From Crocinitomicaceae bacterium (GTDB taxonomy: Bacteria > Bacteroidota > Bacteroidia > Flavobacteriales_D > Crocinitomicaceae), in the NCBI GenBank assembly GCA_022425625.1, contig JAKMFD010000002.1:1-59428 (forward strand): DNA of 59,428 nt. Direction: 5' to 3'. The notes under the pieces were generated by a model, which was not told the origin of the DNA, did not search any database, and saw only the letters and a list, made by a program, of their open reading frames with translations. Below are positions 27,110-36,701 of the stretch, one piece after another. Position 1 is the first letter of the stretch; the number at the start of each line of letters is the position of its first letter. Both the position numbers and the translations under genes were made by a program.

Positions 27110-27417
27110 GAGAACCACACGTCATTAATCACCTCTTTTTTCATAAACTGATTGACCCTTTCAATAATTACTTGTTTGCCTGAGTGCAATTCTTCCCTCA
27201 TTACTGCAGAATCAATTTGAAGATGTAAGGTTTTGTTTTTGATTTTAATACTTTTCGTGCGGAATGCAACGGCTTTACCCATGAGCTCTGGCCAAGCGTC
27301 ATTGAGGTCGTATTCTTTCATTTTATCGTCAAGTTTATAGGCTTTCATGAGTTTTTCAATGACATCTCCTAAAGGTTGCTCTTTTTTAGATCTTCGATTG
27401 TCTGGATTGTATGTCAT
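27106..27417 (-). CDS. DUF721-domain protein (the usual recF-downstream partner).
   Basis: It sits immediately after recF, as is usual in Bacteroidota. I prefer ATG 27417 to 27450, which would overlap recF by 23 nt. Its stop overlaps the convergent CotH stop within TTAG (27106-27109). Confidence 0.6.
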   Translation of the reverse strand: MTYNPDNRRSKKEQPLGDVIEKLMKAYKLDDKMKEYDLNDAWPELMGKAVAFRTKSIKIKNKTLHLQIDSAVMREELHSGKQVIIERVNQFMKKEVINDVWFS

Positions 27418-27427
27418 ATTGCTAAAT

Positions 27428-28537
27428 TTAACGAGAAATTTCTTTAACATCCCCCATGATTACTTCAAATAGTTTTGAGGAGACATCTACGCTGTCTAGC
27501 AAGTTTTCCATTCTTGTTCTATCTGTATCAGACAATATTACTTGACCAAAGTAATCCTGAGTTACAAGCTGTACCAATTTTTGGACCCTTTCAGCGTCAA
27601 GTTTATCAAAAATATCATCTAGCAATAATATTGGATTTATTTTCTTTTGTTCTTTCAGCCAATCGAATTGCGCAAGCCTAAGTGCGATCACGAAGGACTT
27701 TTGCTGTCCCTGAGATCCAAATTTCTTTATAGGGTGTCCTTTGATTGTAAATATCAAATCATCCTTATGGACACCTATATTCGAGTATTGGCTGTAACTG
27801 TCTTTTTTATGATTTTTCAGAAGTAAGTTAGAGAAATCCTCACCTGTAAGTTGCGACTTATAGGCAATATTACTTTGTTCTGCTGAGATACCTATCTCTG
27901 AATAGAACTTTTGGAAAACAGGAATGAAAGAGTCTAAAAACTCCGTCCTTTTTTTATGAATTAAGACACCCAGCTTTGACATTTGGGCATCCCACACCTC
28001 TATAGATTCCAGGTCAAATAAACGATGCTCTGCCATGTTTTTTAGTAAGGCATTTCGTTGTGATAAAACTTTATGATAGGATTGAAGTGTATTTAAATAA
28101 ATTGGATCTACTTGTGATATGATTCCATCCATCCATTTTCTTCTCAGCTCACTGCCCTCATTTATTAAATCACCGTCGTAAGGCGAAATGAAAACTACGG
28201 GAAACTTACCTATGTGTTCAGCTAATTTATCGTACTCTTTTTTATTTAGTTTTATTTTCTTTTTTGCACCGAGTTTGTAGGAGCAGGCAACTTGATAAGT
28301 TTTTTCTTCTACATTCCAAATCCCGTTAATATGGAAAAAGCTTTGGTTGAACATGACATTTTGCTTGTCAATAGGGTTCAAGTAGCTTTTACACATACTC
28401 ATATAATGTATCGCATCAAGAATATTAGTTTTACCGCTACCATTTTTTCCGATAAAGGCATTGAGTCCATTTCTCAGCTCAATTTCAGTGCTTTGGTGAT
28501 TTTTAAATTGAATCAAATGTATTCGCGATAAGAACAT
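27428..28537 (-). CDS. recF: DNA replication and repair protein RecF.
   Basis: It has the Walker A motif GKNGSGKTNILDAI, an SMC-like signature, and a Walker B motif LLLDDIFDKLD. Confidence 0.9.
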   Translation of the reverse strand: MFLSRIHLIQFKNHQSTEIELRNGLNAFIGKNGSGKTNILDAIHYMSMCKSYLNPIDKQNVMFNQSFFHINGIWNVEEKTYQVACSYKLGAKKKIKLNKKEYDKLAEHIGKFPVVFISPYDGDLINEGSELRRKWMDGIISQVDPIYLNTLQSYHKVLSQRNALLKNMAEHRLFDLESIEVWDAQMSKLGVLIHKKRTEFLDSFIPVFQKFYSEIGISAEQSNIAYKSQLTGEDFSNLLLKNHKKDSYSQYSNIGVHKDDLIFTIKGHPIKKFGSQGQQKSFVIALRLAQFDWLKEQKKINPILLLDDIFDKLDAERVQKLVQLVTQDYFGQVILSDTDRTRMENLLDSVDVSSKLFEVIMGDVKEISR

Positions 28538-28828
28538 TTTTTAAAATTAGCTAATTGATTTCGTTTATAATGGTCTGAGCAATGTATTTTATTTTCTCTG
28601 AATATGTTTATATTTATAAAGGATCAAATGAACTGCCTGGATTTTAATTAACGCCTAAGGTGTTTCAGCTAGCATAGAATTGTGCGACTGAAAACTGCAA
28701 AAATCATCTGTTGCTTTCATGACATGGTTTATGCGGGTAAAAAGTATTTAATTAGTTCAAATAAGCGAGTTTTTAAATTTATTTTTAGGTAAGCAACCTG
28801 TGATGATTAAATTTAGTCTTAACATTGT

Positions 28829-31800
28829 ATGAAACGTAAAATTCTTGTTTCTTTTGTGGCTTTATTGTGTGTCTTTTTTTACTCGAAAAATGCACATGCT
28901 CAGTTAATTATTGATAATCAAGGCGCAACAGCAGAGGTCGTAGTAAATTCTATAATAAGCGGTGGCCTTACGATAACAAATGCCACCATGAATTGTCCAA
29001 ACAATGCGTATGGTACATTTACCAATGGTGCAACAACCGATATTGGTATTCCAACTGGTCTTGTTATGACAACGGGAAATGTTGCTGATATAAATGCTCC
29101 AGGAGCAAATTTTATGAGCACGGATAATGGGACCAATTGTAACGACCCTCAGTTAAACGCGCTTGAGCCATTAGCCAATAATGATTGTTGCATTTTAGAG
29201 TTCGACGTAGTTCCAACATGCGACGAGCTTCAAATACGTTTTGTGTTCGGTTCTGAAGAATATCCTGAGTGGGTATCGTCTGGTTATAACGATGCTTTTG
29301 GATTTTTTATTTCAGGTCCCGATCCAAATGGTGGTGTATACAACAACAATAATGTGGCCGTTTTGCCTGATGGAAATACGATTGTTAGTATTGATAACGT
29401 TAATGCAAATTTGAATCAAGCTTTTTATGTAAATAACGCAACTGGAACCACCAATGTTTTTGACGCTTTTACTACGGTATTGATTTCAGATGTTTCTGTG
29501 GTGCCATGCGAAAGTTATCATTTTAAGTTAGCCATTGCAGACGCAGGTGATCCCTTTTGGGATTCAGGAGTATTTGTTGATTTTTTAGAATGCTCTACTG
29601 CTTTAGAGACTACAGTTTCATCAACTCCAGTTTCATGTGCTGGATCGGATGGTACAGCTTCAGTGAACGCGACAGGAGGGTTTCCAGGATATACATATAA
29701 TTGGAATACAACGCCTCCACAAACAACGCCAACGGCAACCGGGCTTGATCCTGGTATTTATGAGGTATCCGTGGATGATGCTGGTGGTTGTACCGAACCC
29801 ATAATTGAGACTGTTGAAGTAGTTGCAAACGCTGTTGTTCCAACCTTATCAATCAATTCAGGAACAATTTGCGCAGGTGATTTTATAACACTAACGGCAT
29901 CTCCATCTATTGCGGGTGGGTCTTTTTTGTGGAATACAGGTGAAACGACAGCCTCTATCAATGTTTCTCCAATTACAAGCACTAGTTATACATGTGATTA
30001 TGATCTAGCAGGTTGTATTGCAATTGCAAACGCGACTGTAACTGTAAACCCATTATTAGAAAGCACAACCAATCTAAATATTTGTGAAACTGAGCTTCCG
30101 TTCCTATGGAATGGAATGTCATTAAACACTTCTGGTACGCATCAAATTGTGTTAGCTGGTTTGCAAACTGGATGTGATTCCACTGCTACAATTGAATTAG
30201 CAGTAGCTCCGACTTTAACGAGTACGACAAATTTAACCATCTGCGAGGATCAACTTCCCTTTGTTTGGAATGGATTGAATTTTTTAACTTCTGGCAATCA
30301 AACAGTTTCACTAACAAGTGTTATTTCTGGCTGTGACTCTTTAGCAACGTTAAGCTTGACAGTTCAATCGCCGACATTAGGATTGAATTCTGAAGTTATT
30401 TGCGAGGGTTCAAGTGTGATTTTAACAGCTGTTCCCTCGATAATTGGTGGTTCTTATTCCTGGAGTAATGGTGAGACAGGTGTTGAATTCATAGAAGTCT
30501 CACCTAGTGAAACAACGAGCTATACCTGTGATTATGACTTGGCAGGCTGTATGGCTCAAGCATCTGGGACTGTAACTGTTAATCCTATTCTTGAAAGTTC
30601 TATTTCTTTTGACATATGCGAAAGTGAGCTGCCTTATCAATGGAACGGTTTATCATTTGCCAATGCAGGTATTCAGACAGCAACATTAACAAGTTTACTT
30701 TCGGGTTGTGATTCTTTGGTTACACTTGACTTATCCGTCATTCCCCCGGCAACAAGCGAAAGTTTTGAAACAATCTGTGATTCAGAATTACCTTATTTGT
30801 GGAATGGTTTGTTTTTTGGGGCTGGAGGTACCCAAACAGTAACTCTACAAAGTTTGGAGACTGGTTGTGATTCTTTGGCGACCTTAACCTTAACTGTAAC
30901 ACCTTCTCAAGTTCCAGATTTTGATCAGCTGGGGCCTTATTGTCAAGATGATCCAGCAGATGCTCTACCTAATATTTCTATTGATGGTATTACAGGCGTT
31001 TGGGGTCCTCCCGGTATTAATACAAATGCTGTTGGTCCTACAATATATGCTTTTGTTGTTGATCCAAATCAATGCGCATTGAATTATCAAATGGTTATTC
31101 AGGTAAATGAAACACCGGATTTATCTATTATTGGGACAAATGAAATATGTGAAGGTCAGGATGCTACACTTACGGCTGTTTCGGGCCTTGCCAATGGTGA
31201 TTTCTACTGGTTGCCTAATGGTGAAACGACAAACGAAATTATTGTTAGTCCTACCCAGACTACGCAGTACACCGCAACCTATAGCGTTGGTGGGTGCCCA
31301 AGTCCTGTAGTTGACTTCACGGTAATTGTAAATCCCAACATACCAGTGTATGCTGGGGATGATGTTACCTTATGTCTTGGTGAAAGTGTTGCGCTTAACG
31401 GAAGTAATGGTATAAACTATTCCTGGTCTGGTGGTGTTGAGGACGGTGTTGATTTTGCCCCTTCAGAGACCAGTGTTTATACTTTGACTGGTTTTAGCGC
31501 TGATGGATGTGAAACCCAAGATGAGGTTTTGGTAGAGGTTTTACCATTGCCAGTCATTGATCCAGGTCTTCCTCTAAGTGTTTGTGAAGGAGAACTCGTT
31601 GTGTTATCCGCCAGTGGTTTGGGTATAGGTGGAACATACAATTGGGATAATGGAGCTAGTGATTTGGTGCCATTTAATTTAAATAATACTACAACATATA
31701 CGGTAACAGGAATTGATGAAAATGGTTGCCAAGGCAGTGCTTCAGTTACCTTAACTGCTGTGCCAAATCCCATTGCTTTATTTCAAGCGAATCCTATTTC

Positions 31801-32302
31801 GGGAGCTATTCCATTGAATGTAGATTTTATAAACCAAAGCTCAGATGCATTTCAGTATAGTTGGGATTTTGGAAATGAAGATGAATTAAATTATGTCGAA
31901 CCTGCGAATCCTGAAATTTCAACAATTTATGAATCTGCAGGTGTTTTTAATGTTCAGCTGATTGCTCAAAACGATTTATGCAGCGATACTTTTACATTGG
32001 CAATTAATGCTTTAGAAATTGCAGATCCTATCATTTTCGTGCCTAATGTCTTTAGTCCCAACCAAGATGGCACCAATGAATTATTCCTTATTGATACTGA
32101 AAACATAGCAACAATTGAACTAATTATTCTAAATAGATGGGGTAATATTATGGCACGAATTGAGTCCTTGAATGGTGGCTGGGATGGCAGGTCTTCTAAT
32201 GGGAATGATGCTAAAGAGGGTGTTTACTTCTATAAGTATACCGCGACGGGTATCAATGGATCTGAATTATCGGGTCATGGTTTTTTAACCCTTGTCCGAT
32301 AG
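28829..32302 (+). CDS. Large T9SS-secreted adhesin-like protein with a choice-of-anchor-L-like N-terminal domain, tandemly duplicated Cys-rich modules, a PKD-like domain and a T9SS type B C-terminal domain.
   Basis: It has a signal peptide. The N-terminal part (...GFFISGP...DAGDPFWDSGVF...) resembles choice-of-anchor L. The C-terminus FVPNVFSPNQDGTNE...NRWGN...WDGR...EGVYFYKY...GHGFLTLVR matches the type B sorting domain. Confidence 0.85.
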   Translation: MKRKILVSFVALLCVFFYSKNAHAQLIIDNQGATAEVVVNSIISGGLTITNATMNCPNNAYGTFTNGATTDIGIPTGLVMTTGNVADINAPGANFMSTDNGTNCNDPQLNALEPLANNDCCILEFDVVPTCDELQIRFVFGSEEYPEWVSSGYNDAFGFFISGPDPNGGVYNNNNVAVLPDGNTIVSIDNVNANLNQAFYVNNATGTTNVFDAFTTVLISDVSVVPCESYHFKLAIADAGDPFWDSGVFVDFLECSTALETTVSSTPVSCAGSDGTASVNATGGFPGYTYNWNTTPPQTTPTATGLDPGIYEVSVDDAGGCTEPIIETVEVVANAVVPTLSINSGTICAGDFITLTASPSIAGGSFLWNTGETTASINVSPITSTSYTCDYDLAGCIAIANATVTVNPLLESTTNLNICETELPFLWNGMSLNTSGTHQIVLAGLQTGCDSTATIELAVAPTLTSTTNLTICEDQLPFVWNGLNFLTSGNQTVSLTSVISGCDSLATLSLTVQSPTLGLNSEVICEGSSVILTAVPSIIGGSYSWSNGETGVEFIEVSPSETTSYTCDYDLAGCMAQASGTVTVNPILESSISFDICESELPYQWNGLSFANAGIQTATLTSLLSGCDSLVTLDLSVIPPATSESFETICDSELPYLWNGLFFGAGGTQTVTLQSLETGCDSLATLTLTVTPSQVPDFDQLGPYCQDDPADALPNISIDGITGVWGPPGINTNAVGPTIYAFVVDPNQCALNYQMVIQVNETPDLSIIGTNEICEGQDATLTAVSGLANGDFYWLPNGETTNEIIVSPTQTTQYTATYSVGGCPSPVVDFTVIVNPNIPVYAGDDVTLCLGESVALNGSNGINYSWSGGVEDGVDFAPSETSVYTLTGFSADGCETQDEVLVEVLPLPVIDPGLPLSVCEGELVVLSASGLGIGGTYNWDNGASDLVPFNLNNTTTYTVTGIDENGCQGSASVTLTAVPNPIALFQANPISGAIPLNVDFINQSSDAFQYSWDFGNEDELNYVEPANPEISTIYESAGVFNVQLIAQNDLCSDTFTLAINALEIADPIIFVPNVFSPNQDGTNELFLIDTENIATIELIILNRWGNIMARIESLNGGWDGRSSNGNDAKEGVYFYKYTATGINGSELSGHGFLTLVR
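29840..30901 (+). repeat. Intragenic tandem duplication of two units of about 531 nt (177 aa) inside the adhesin gene.
   Basis: Unit 1 (from 29840) reads PTLSINSGTICAGDFITLTASPSIAGGSFLWNTGETT...SYTCDYDLAGCIAIANATVTVNPLLES. Unit 2 (from 30371) reads PTLGLNSEVICEGSSVILTAVPSIIGGSYSWSNGETG...SYTCDYDLAGCMAQASGTVTVNPILES. Each unit is followed by two IC(E/D)xELP(F/Y)xWNG...GCDS modules. Confidence 0.8.
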
Positions 32303-33475
32303 GGAGTTCTTAAAAAATAGGACAACAACAATTGGTATAAATATGAAAATTAAATAGCTGTACCATGGCCAAGTCGAAATAGAGCCACGATTCACTGTTA
32401 CAGAAGATTTTATATTTCTTAGTTTTCTTTGTTCTGCCAAAATTAATTTCTGATTACCTTTTAGCTTACGAACCTCATCTTTTAGTGCTTGAGAATCATC
32501 GAATTCCAGTTTAGTCTCTAACGCTTCAATTTGATTTGTTAATAGATTATTGTTTTTGGCTAAAAATATTGAGGAGTCAAGGTAGATATTGCCAATCTCA
32601 TAATCTTTACTTTCTATATATAAACTTCCAATGTTTAAATAGGCATCACACAAATAAGGAATAACGCCTTGGTCCTTTCTTTCCTGTAAAACCTCCTGGA
32701 AAAGAGTTAGGGAATGCTCAGTTTCTCCTTTAAAGAACAGAGAGATTGCAAGGTTGTTTTTTGCCCTTGAAATTGTAAAAGGTGATTTCGTTTTCTCGGC
32801 GTACTCAGCTTGCTTTTCAAAATAATTCATGGCCAAATTATTTTTCTTTTGATCTAGTGCAATTTGACCAAGAAAAGAATTTGCATTCGCAGCAGATTCA
32901 TATTTTTCATTTTTAAGAGATAAGGTCATATAACTTTTTGCATAAAGCTGAGCGGAGATCGTATCTCCGCTTAAATAATGGCATTGCGCAAGGTTAATGA
33001 GTGCCATAAATTTCATAGTCTTATCTTGTGCATCTTCACCGAATTTTATTGAAGTATTAAAATTATCTTTTGCTTTTTGAAAATCACTAAGAAGTAAATA
33101 ACATAAACCTGTATGGTTGAAGGCTTGTGAAATGAGTGCATTGTCTCCGTGATTTAGGAAAAATGACCTTGACGATTCTAACATTTTTAGTCCATCTTTA
33201 ACGAATCCTTTTTTCATATCGAAACTGCCTAATAATCTTTCATATACAGCTTTAACAAAAGGGTCGTTTTCAAGGGCATATATTTCTTTCAATGCAACAC
33301 CAATTATATTGAGAGAGTCCACAGAAAATCTATGGTAATGCTCACTAAGTTCTAAGGCAATTATAGCTTTTTCTTTTGAGCTAGTTGTTTCAATAAAACT
33401 TTGATAGCTAATAGGATTTTGAGTTTTTACATTAAATGCGAGCAGCAAAATAAAAAGGATCAGGATTCTGTTCAT
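32285..33475 (-). CDS. Tetratricopeptide-repeat protein with an N-terminal signal peptide and a single C-terminal transmembrane helix, and no recognisable output domain.
   Basis: I prefer ATG 33475 (MNRILILFILLLAFNVKTQN). TPR-like helical repeats run throughout the protein. The C-terminal segment WPWYSYLIFIFIPIVVVLFF is a transmembrane helix. The 3' end overlaps the convergent adhesin gene by 18 nt. Confidence 0.65.
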   Translation of the reverse strand: MNRILILFILLLAFNVKTQNPISYQSFIETTSSKEKAIIALELSEHYHRFSVDSLNIIGVALKEIYALENDPFVKAVYERLLGSFDMKKGFVKDGLKMLESSRSFFLNHGDNALISQAFNHTGLCYLLLSDFQKAKDNFNTSIKFGEDAQDKTMKFMALINLAQCHYLSGDTISAQLYAKSYMTLSLKNEKYESAANANSFLGQIALDQKKNNLAMNYFEKQAEYAEKTKSPFTISRAKNNLAISLFFKGETEHSLTLFQEVLQERKDQGVIPYLCDAYLNIGSLYIESKDYEIGNIYLDSSIFLAKNNNLLTNQIEALETKLEFDDSQALKDEVRKLKGNQKLILAEQRKLRNIKSSVTVNRGSISTWPWYSYLIFIFIPIVVVLFFKNSLSDKG

Positions 33476-33513
33476 ACAATTCGACTTTTTTTGCAATGAT
33501 ACTTAAGTATTGT

Positions 33514-33521
33514 TAAGTTTG
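33514..33521 (+). promoter_or_regulatory. Candidate -7 promoter box (TAAGTTTG) for pruA.
   Basis: It matches TAnnTTTG exactly, 16 nt upstream of ATG 33538. Confidence 0.35.
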
Positions 33522-33537
33522 CAACAAAAAATATATT

Positions 33538-35166
33538 ATGTCAAATGCCTTTTATTCAGTACCTGTTGCAATTAATGAACCTGTGAAATCATACGCTCCA
33601 GGAAGTATTGAACGTGAAACACTTCTTAATGAATACTCAAGAATGTATAATGGCCACGTTGACGTACCCATGTATATTGGAGACAAGCAAGTTTTTACAG
33701 ATAATAAGAAAAAGTTAAGTCCACCTCATGATCACGCTCATACGATAGGAACATCAAATTATGGAACTGAAAAAGAGGTGCGCCAGGCTATAGATGCTGC
33801 TATGGAGGCACGAAAAAAATGGGCTAACATGAGCTGGGAGCATAGAGCTTCAATATTTTTGAAGGCTGCTGATCTCCTTGCAGGACCTTTTCGTGCAAAA
33901 CTGAATGCGGCAACAATGTTGGCTCAGAGTAAAAATGTGATGCAGGCGGAAATTGATGCCGCATGTGAATTGATAGATTTTTTCAGATTCAATGTTCAAT
34001 ACATGAGTCAATTATACAAAGAGCAGCCTGAGTCTCTGCCTGGTATGTGGAATCGTCTTGAGCACAGACCACTTGAAGGTTTTATTTTTGCGCTTACACC
34101 TTTTAACTTTACTTCAATTTGTGCAAACTTATGTGCAGCCCCTGCAATGATGGGTAATGTCGTAATCTGGAAGCCTGCTGAAACTCAAATATATTCTGCT
34201 CAGGTTATTATGGAGCTCTTTGAAGCAGCTGGTCTACCTAAAGGAGTTATCAATATGGTAACGGTTAGCGGAAGGGAGATTTCAAATGTTGTTTTTGAAG
34301 ATAAAAACTTTGCAGGATTGCATTTTACAGGAAGTACAGATGTATTTAGAACACTATGGAAGGGCATTGGTAATAATATTGAAAAATATAAGTCTTATCC
34401 TAGGATTGTTGGAGAAACTGGAGGAAAAGATTTTATTGTGGCTCACAAATCTGCTGTAGCCGCAGAGGTAGCCACCGCAATTTCACGTGGTGCATTTGAA
34501 TTTCAAGGTCAAAAATGTTCTGCTGCTTCAAGGGCATATATTCCAAATAATCTTTGGCAAGATGTGAAGACTCAGATTGTTTCTGATACAAAGTCGTTTA
34601 AAATGGGAACTCCTCAAGATCCAACAAATTTTATCAATGCGGTTATTTCAGAAAAAGCATTTGATAGTATTGCTTCATATATCGATTATGCTAAAAATTC
34701 ATCGGAAGCTGAAATTATAGCCGGAGGAAATTATGATAAATCCAAAGGTTATTTTATTGAACCTACCATAATTGTTACGTCAGATCCAAAATTCAAAACA
34801 ATGGTAGAGGAGATTTTCGGTCCAGTGATGACAATATTTGTTTATGATGAGGATAAGTGGGAAGAAACGCTAACTCTTGTCGATGAGACCTCTGAGTATG
34901 CATTAACTGGCGCAATATTATCCGTTGACCGCTATGCGGCTGAGTATGCTACTAAAGCACTTGAAAATGCTGCGGGTAACTTTTACATAAACGACAAGCC
35001 AACTGGTGCTGTTGTTGGTCAGCAGCCTTTTGGTGGTGCACGGGGATCTGGCACGAATGATAAGGCAGGATCAATTTTAAATCTTTTGAGGTGGGTGTCG
35101 CCAAGGACTATTAAAGAAACCTTTGTTCCTGCTACGGATTATAAGTATCCCTTTCTCGAAAAATAG
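33538..35166 (+). CDS. pruA: L-glutamate gamma-semialdehyde (1-pyrroline-5-carboxylate) dehydrogenase.
   Basis: It has the aldehyde dehydrogenase fold with motifs ETGGKDF and FEFQGQKCSA. Its 542-aa length is typical of stand-alone P5C dehydrogenase. Confidence 0.85.
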   Translation: MSNAFYSVPVAINEPVKSYAPGSIERETLLNEYSRMYNGHVDVPMYIGDKQVFTDNKKKLSPPHDHAHTIGTSNYGTEKEVRQAIDAAMEARKKWANMSWEHRASIFLKAADLLAGPFRAKLNAATMLAQSKNVMQAEIDAACELIDFFRFNVQYMSQLYKEQPESLPGMWNRLEHRPLEGFIFALTPFNFTSICANLCAAPAMMGNVVIWKPAETQIYSAQVIMELFEAAGLPKGVINMVTVSGREISNVVFEDKNFAGLHFTGSTDVFRTLWKGIGNNIEKYKSYPRIVGETGGKDFIVAHKSAVAAEVATAISRGAFEFQGQKCSAASRAYIPNNLWQDVKTQIVSDTKSFKMGTPQDPTNFINAVISEKAFDSIASYIDYAKNSSEAEIIAGGNYDKSKGYFIEPTIIVTSDPKFKTMVEEIFGPVMTIFVYDEDKWEETLTLVDETSEYALTGAILSVDRYAAEYATKALENAAGNFYINDKPTGAVVGQQPFGGARGSGTNDKAGSILNLLRWVSPRTIKETFVPATDYKYPFLEK

Positions 35167-35211
35167 AATAACCTCGTATTTCCGCTAAATAATTATTATT
35201 TTGGGTAGCAT

Positions 35212-36009
35212 ATGACCCAAACTAAGCTTAGTGATGGTACCCCAGTTTTTTGTTTACGAAAACCAGAAGCTAAAATGTTAGATCACCATGTTGAAGGGTA
35301 TCTTCAAAATGGAATTAAAATTGAAACAGGCGATATTGTTTTTGATGTTGGTGCCAATGTCGGAGTTTTTGGTCTCAGAGCTACTCAAAAAGCCGATAAT
35401 GTTCAAGCCTATTGCTTTGAACCTATTCCAGATATTTATGAAGTATTAAAAAAGAATGCCATAACATATGGGAATGGTAAAATACACACCTTTCAAATGG
35501 GAGTATCCGATTCCGCATCTAGAGCATCTTTTACTTATTTTCCGAATACACCGGCACTTTCTACTTTGCATCCTGAAGAATGGGACAAAGATCCTAAGGC
35601 ATTTTCAAGAGCTGTGAAAGGAACCATGAGAAACCCTCCGGAAGGCATGAAATGGATGCGTTTGATACCCTCTTTCCTTTCTGGTGTCATTGCTTTCTTT
35701 TTGGTCCGAGGAAAAAAACAAGTTGATTGTAATTTAGATACTCTTTCCTCTATTATCGAAGCACATAAAGTTTCTAAAATTGATTTATTAAAAATTGATT
35801 GTGAAGGTGCTGAGTGGTCTGTTTTAAATGGAATTAGTGAGGAGCATTGGTCCCGCATAAAAACGATTGTAATCGAAGTACATGATATAGATAATCGTTT
35901 AGATAAGATTAAGAAATTATTAGATGAAAAAGGGTTTAAAAAGCTTCACCACGAACGCGAAGTTGGATTAGAAGATTCGGTTATGTTTAACTTATTTGCA
36001 TTGAGATGA
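35212..36009 (+). CDS. FkbM-family SAM-dependent methyltransferase.
   Basis: It has the SAM motif VFDVGANVGVFG and the FkbM-like segment IDLLKIDCEGAE. A hydrophobic insert (LIPSFLSGVIAFFLV) is present. Confidence 0.7.
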   Translation: MTQTKLSDGTPVFCLRKPEAKMLDHHVEGYLQNGIKIETGDIVFDVGANVGVFGLRATQKADNVQAYCFEPIPDIYEVLKKNAITYGNGKIHTFQMGVSDSASRASFTYFPNTPALSTLHPEEWDKDPKAFSRAVKGTMRNPPEGMKWMRLIPSFLSGVIAFFLVRGKKQVDCNLDTLSSIIEAHKVSKIDLLKIDCEGAEWSVLNGISEEHWSRIKTIVIEVHDIDNRLDKIKKLLDEKGFKKLHHEREVGLEDSVMFNLFALR

Positions 36010-36701
36010 CAAAAGAATGGGTCGCAATCGGAACGGTTTTGGTGCTCTTAGCATCTAATTTTTTCGGCTTAATTTATAGTATGCTGGTACTTAAAACGAA
36101 AATTTTTAAGTCATTCAGAATTCAAACTAAAAGCTATGACTCAGCTATTTTTCGTAAAAGAATGCCTTTGTTTATTTTTAATTTCTTAATTCTCTTGAGT
36201 GTTGCTGGATTTGGATCATATTTATTATATGAAAGTCTTGAAACCGCCATGCAGCCTATTTGGTTAATTGGATCACAGATACTTTTTGCTTTTATTATAG
36301 ATGACATTTGGTTTTATTTTTTTCATAGATGGTTGCATGAAAATAAGTTTATGCTGAAGAATGTTCATTCTATTCACCATCGAGCAACCACGCCATTCCC
36401 ATTGGAATATCTTTATGCCCACCCATTGGAGTGGATGCTAGGTATGATTGGTGTAGTTATTGCTTTCGCATTAATACTATTAGTAATGCCAATTAGTGTA
36501 TATGCATTATGGGGATTTGGATTGCTTAGAAACCTACATGAAATTCACATTCATTCTGATCTAGAGCTTCCAATTCTAAGTAAGCTGCCATTTTTCAGTA
36601 AAACAAAGCACCATGATGATCATCATGCTAAATTGACAGGTAATTATGCCTCAACTTTCAACTGGATGGACAAAATTTTTAAATCAACATTCAAAGAATG
36701 A
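36006..36701 (+). CDS. Fatty acid hydroxylase / sterol desaturase superfamily membrane protein.
   Basis: It has three His boxes: HRWLHE, HSIHH and HHDDHH. It is polytopic. An ATGA overlap couples it to the upstream gene. Confidence 0.75.
   Translation: MTKEWVAIGTVLVLLASNFFGLIYSMLVLKTKIFKSFRIQTKSYDSAIFRKRMPLFIFNFLILLSVAGFGSYLLYESLETAMQPIWLIGSQILFAFIIDDIWFYFFHRWLHENKFMLKNVHSIHHRATTPFPLEYLYAHPLEWMLGMIGVVIAFALILLVMPISVYALWGFGLLRNLHEIHIHSDLELPILSKLPFFSKTKHHDDHHAKLTGNYASTFNWMDKIFKSTFKE

Noticed and set aside
28538-28828. The longest intergenic region (291 nt, between recF and the adhesin gene), examined for an ncRNA, a small ORF or repeats.
   Set aside because: It contains only tiny ORFs (7-10 codons) and one weak 6-bp stem with a large loop. 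There is no terminator-like hairpin and no repeat. It is most simply a divergent promoter region.
29840-30901. Repeated sequence blocks, considered as a possible CRISPR array or other non-coding repeat.
   Set aside because: The repeats are in-frame protein modules inside a continuous ORF, they are 531 nt long, and there are no spacers. They are not CRISPR.
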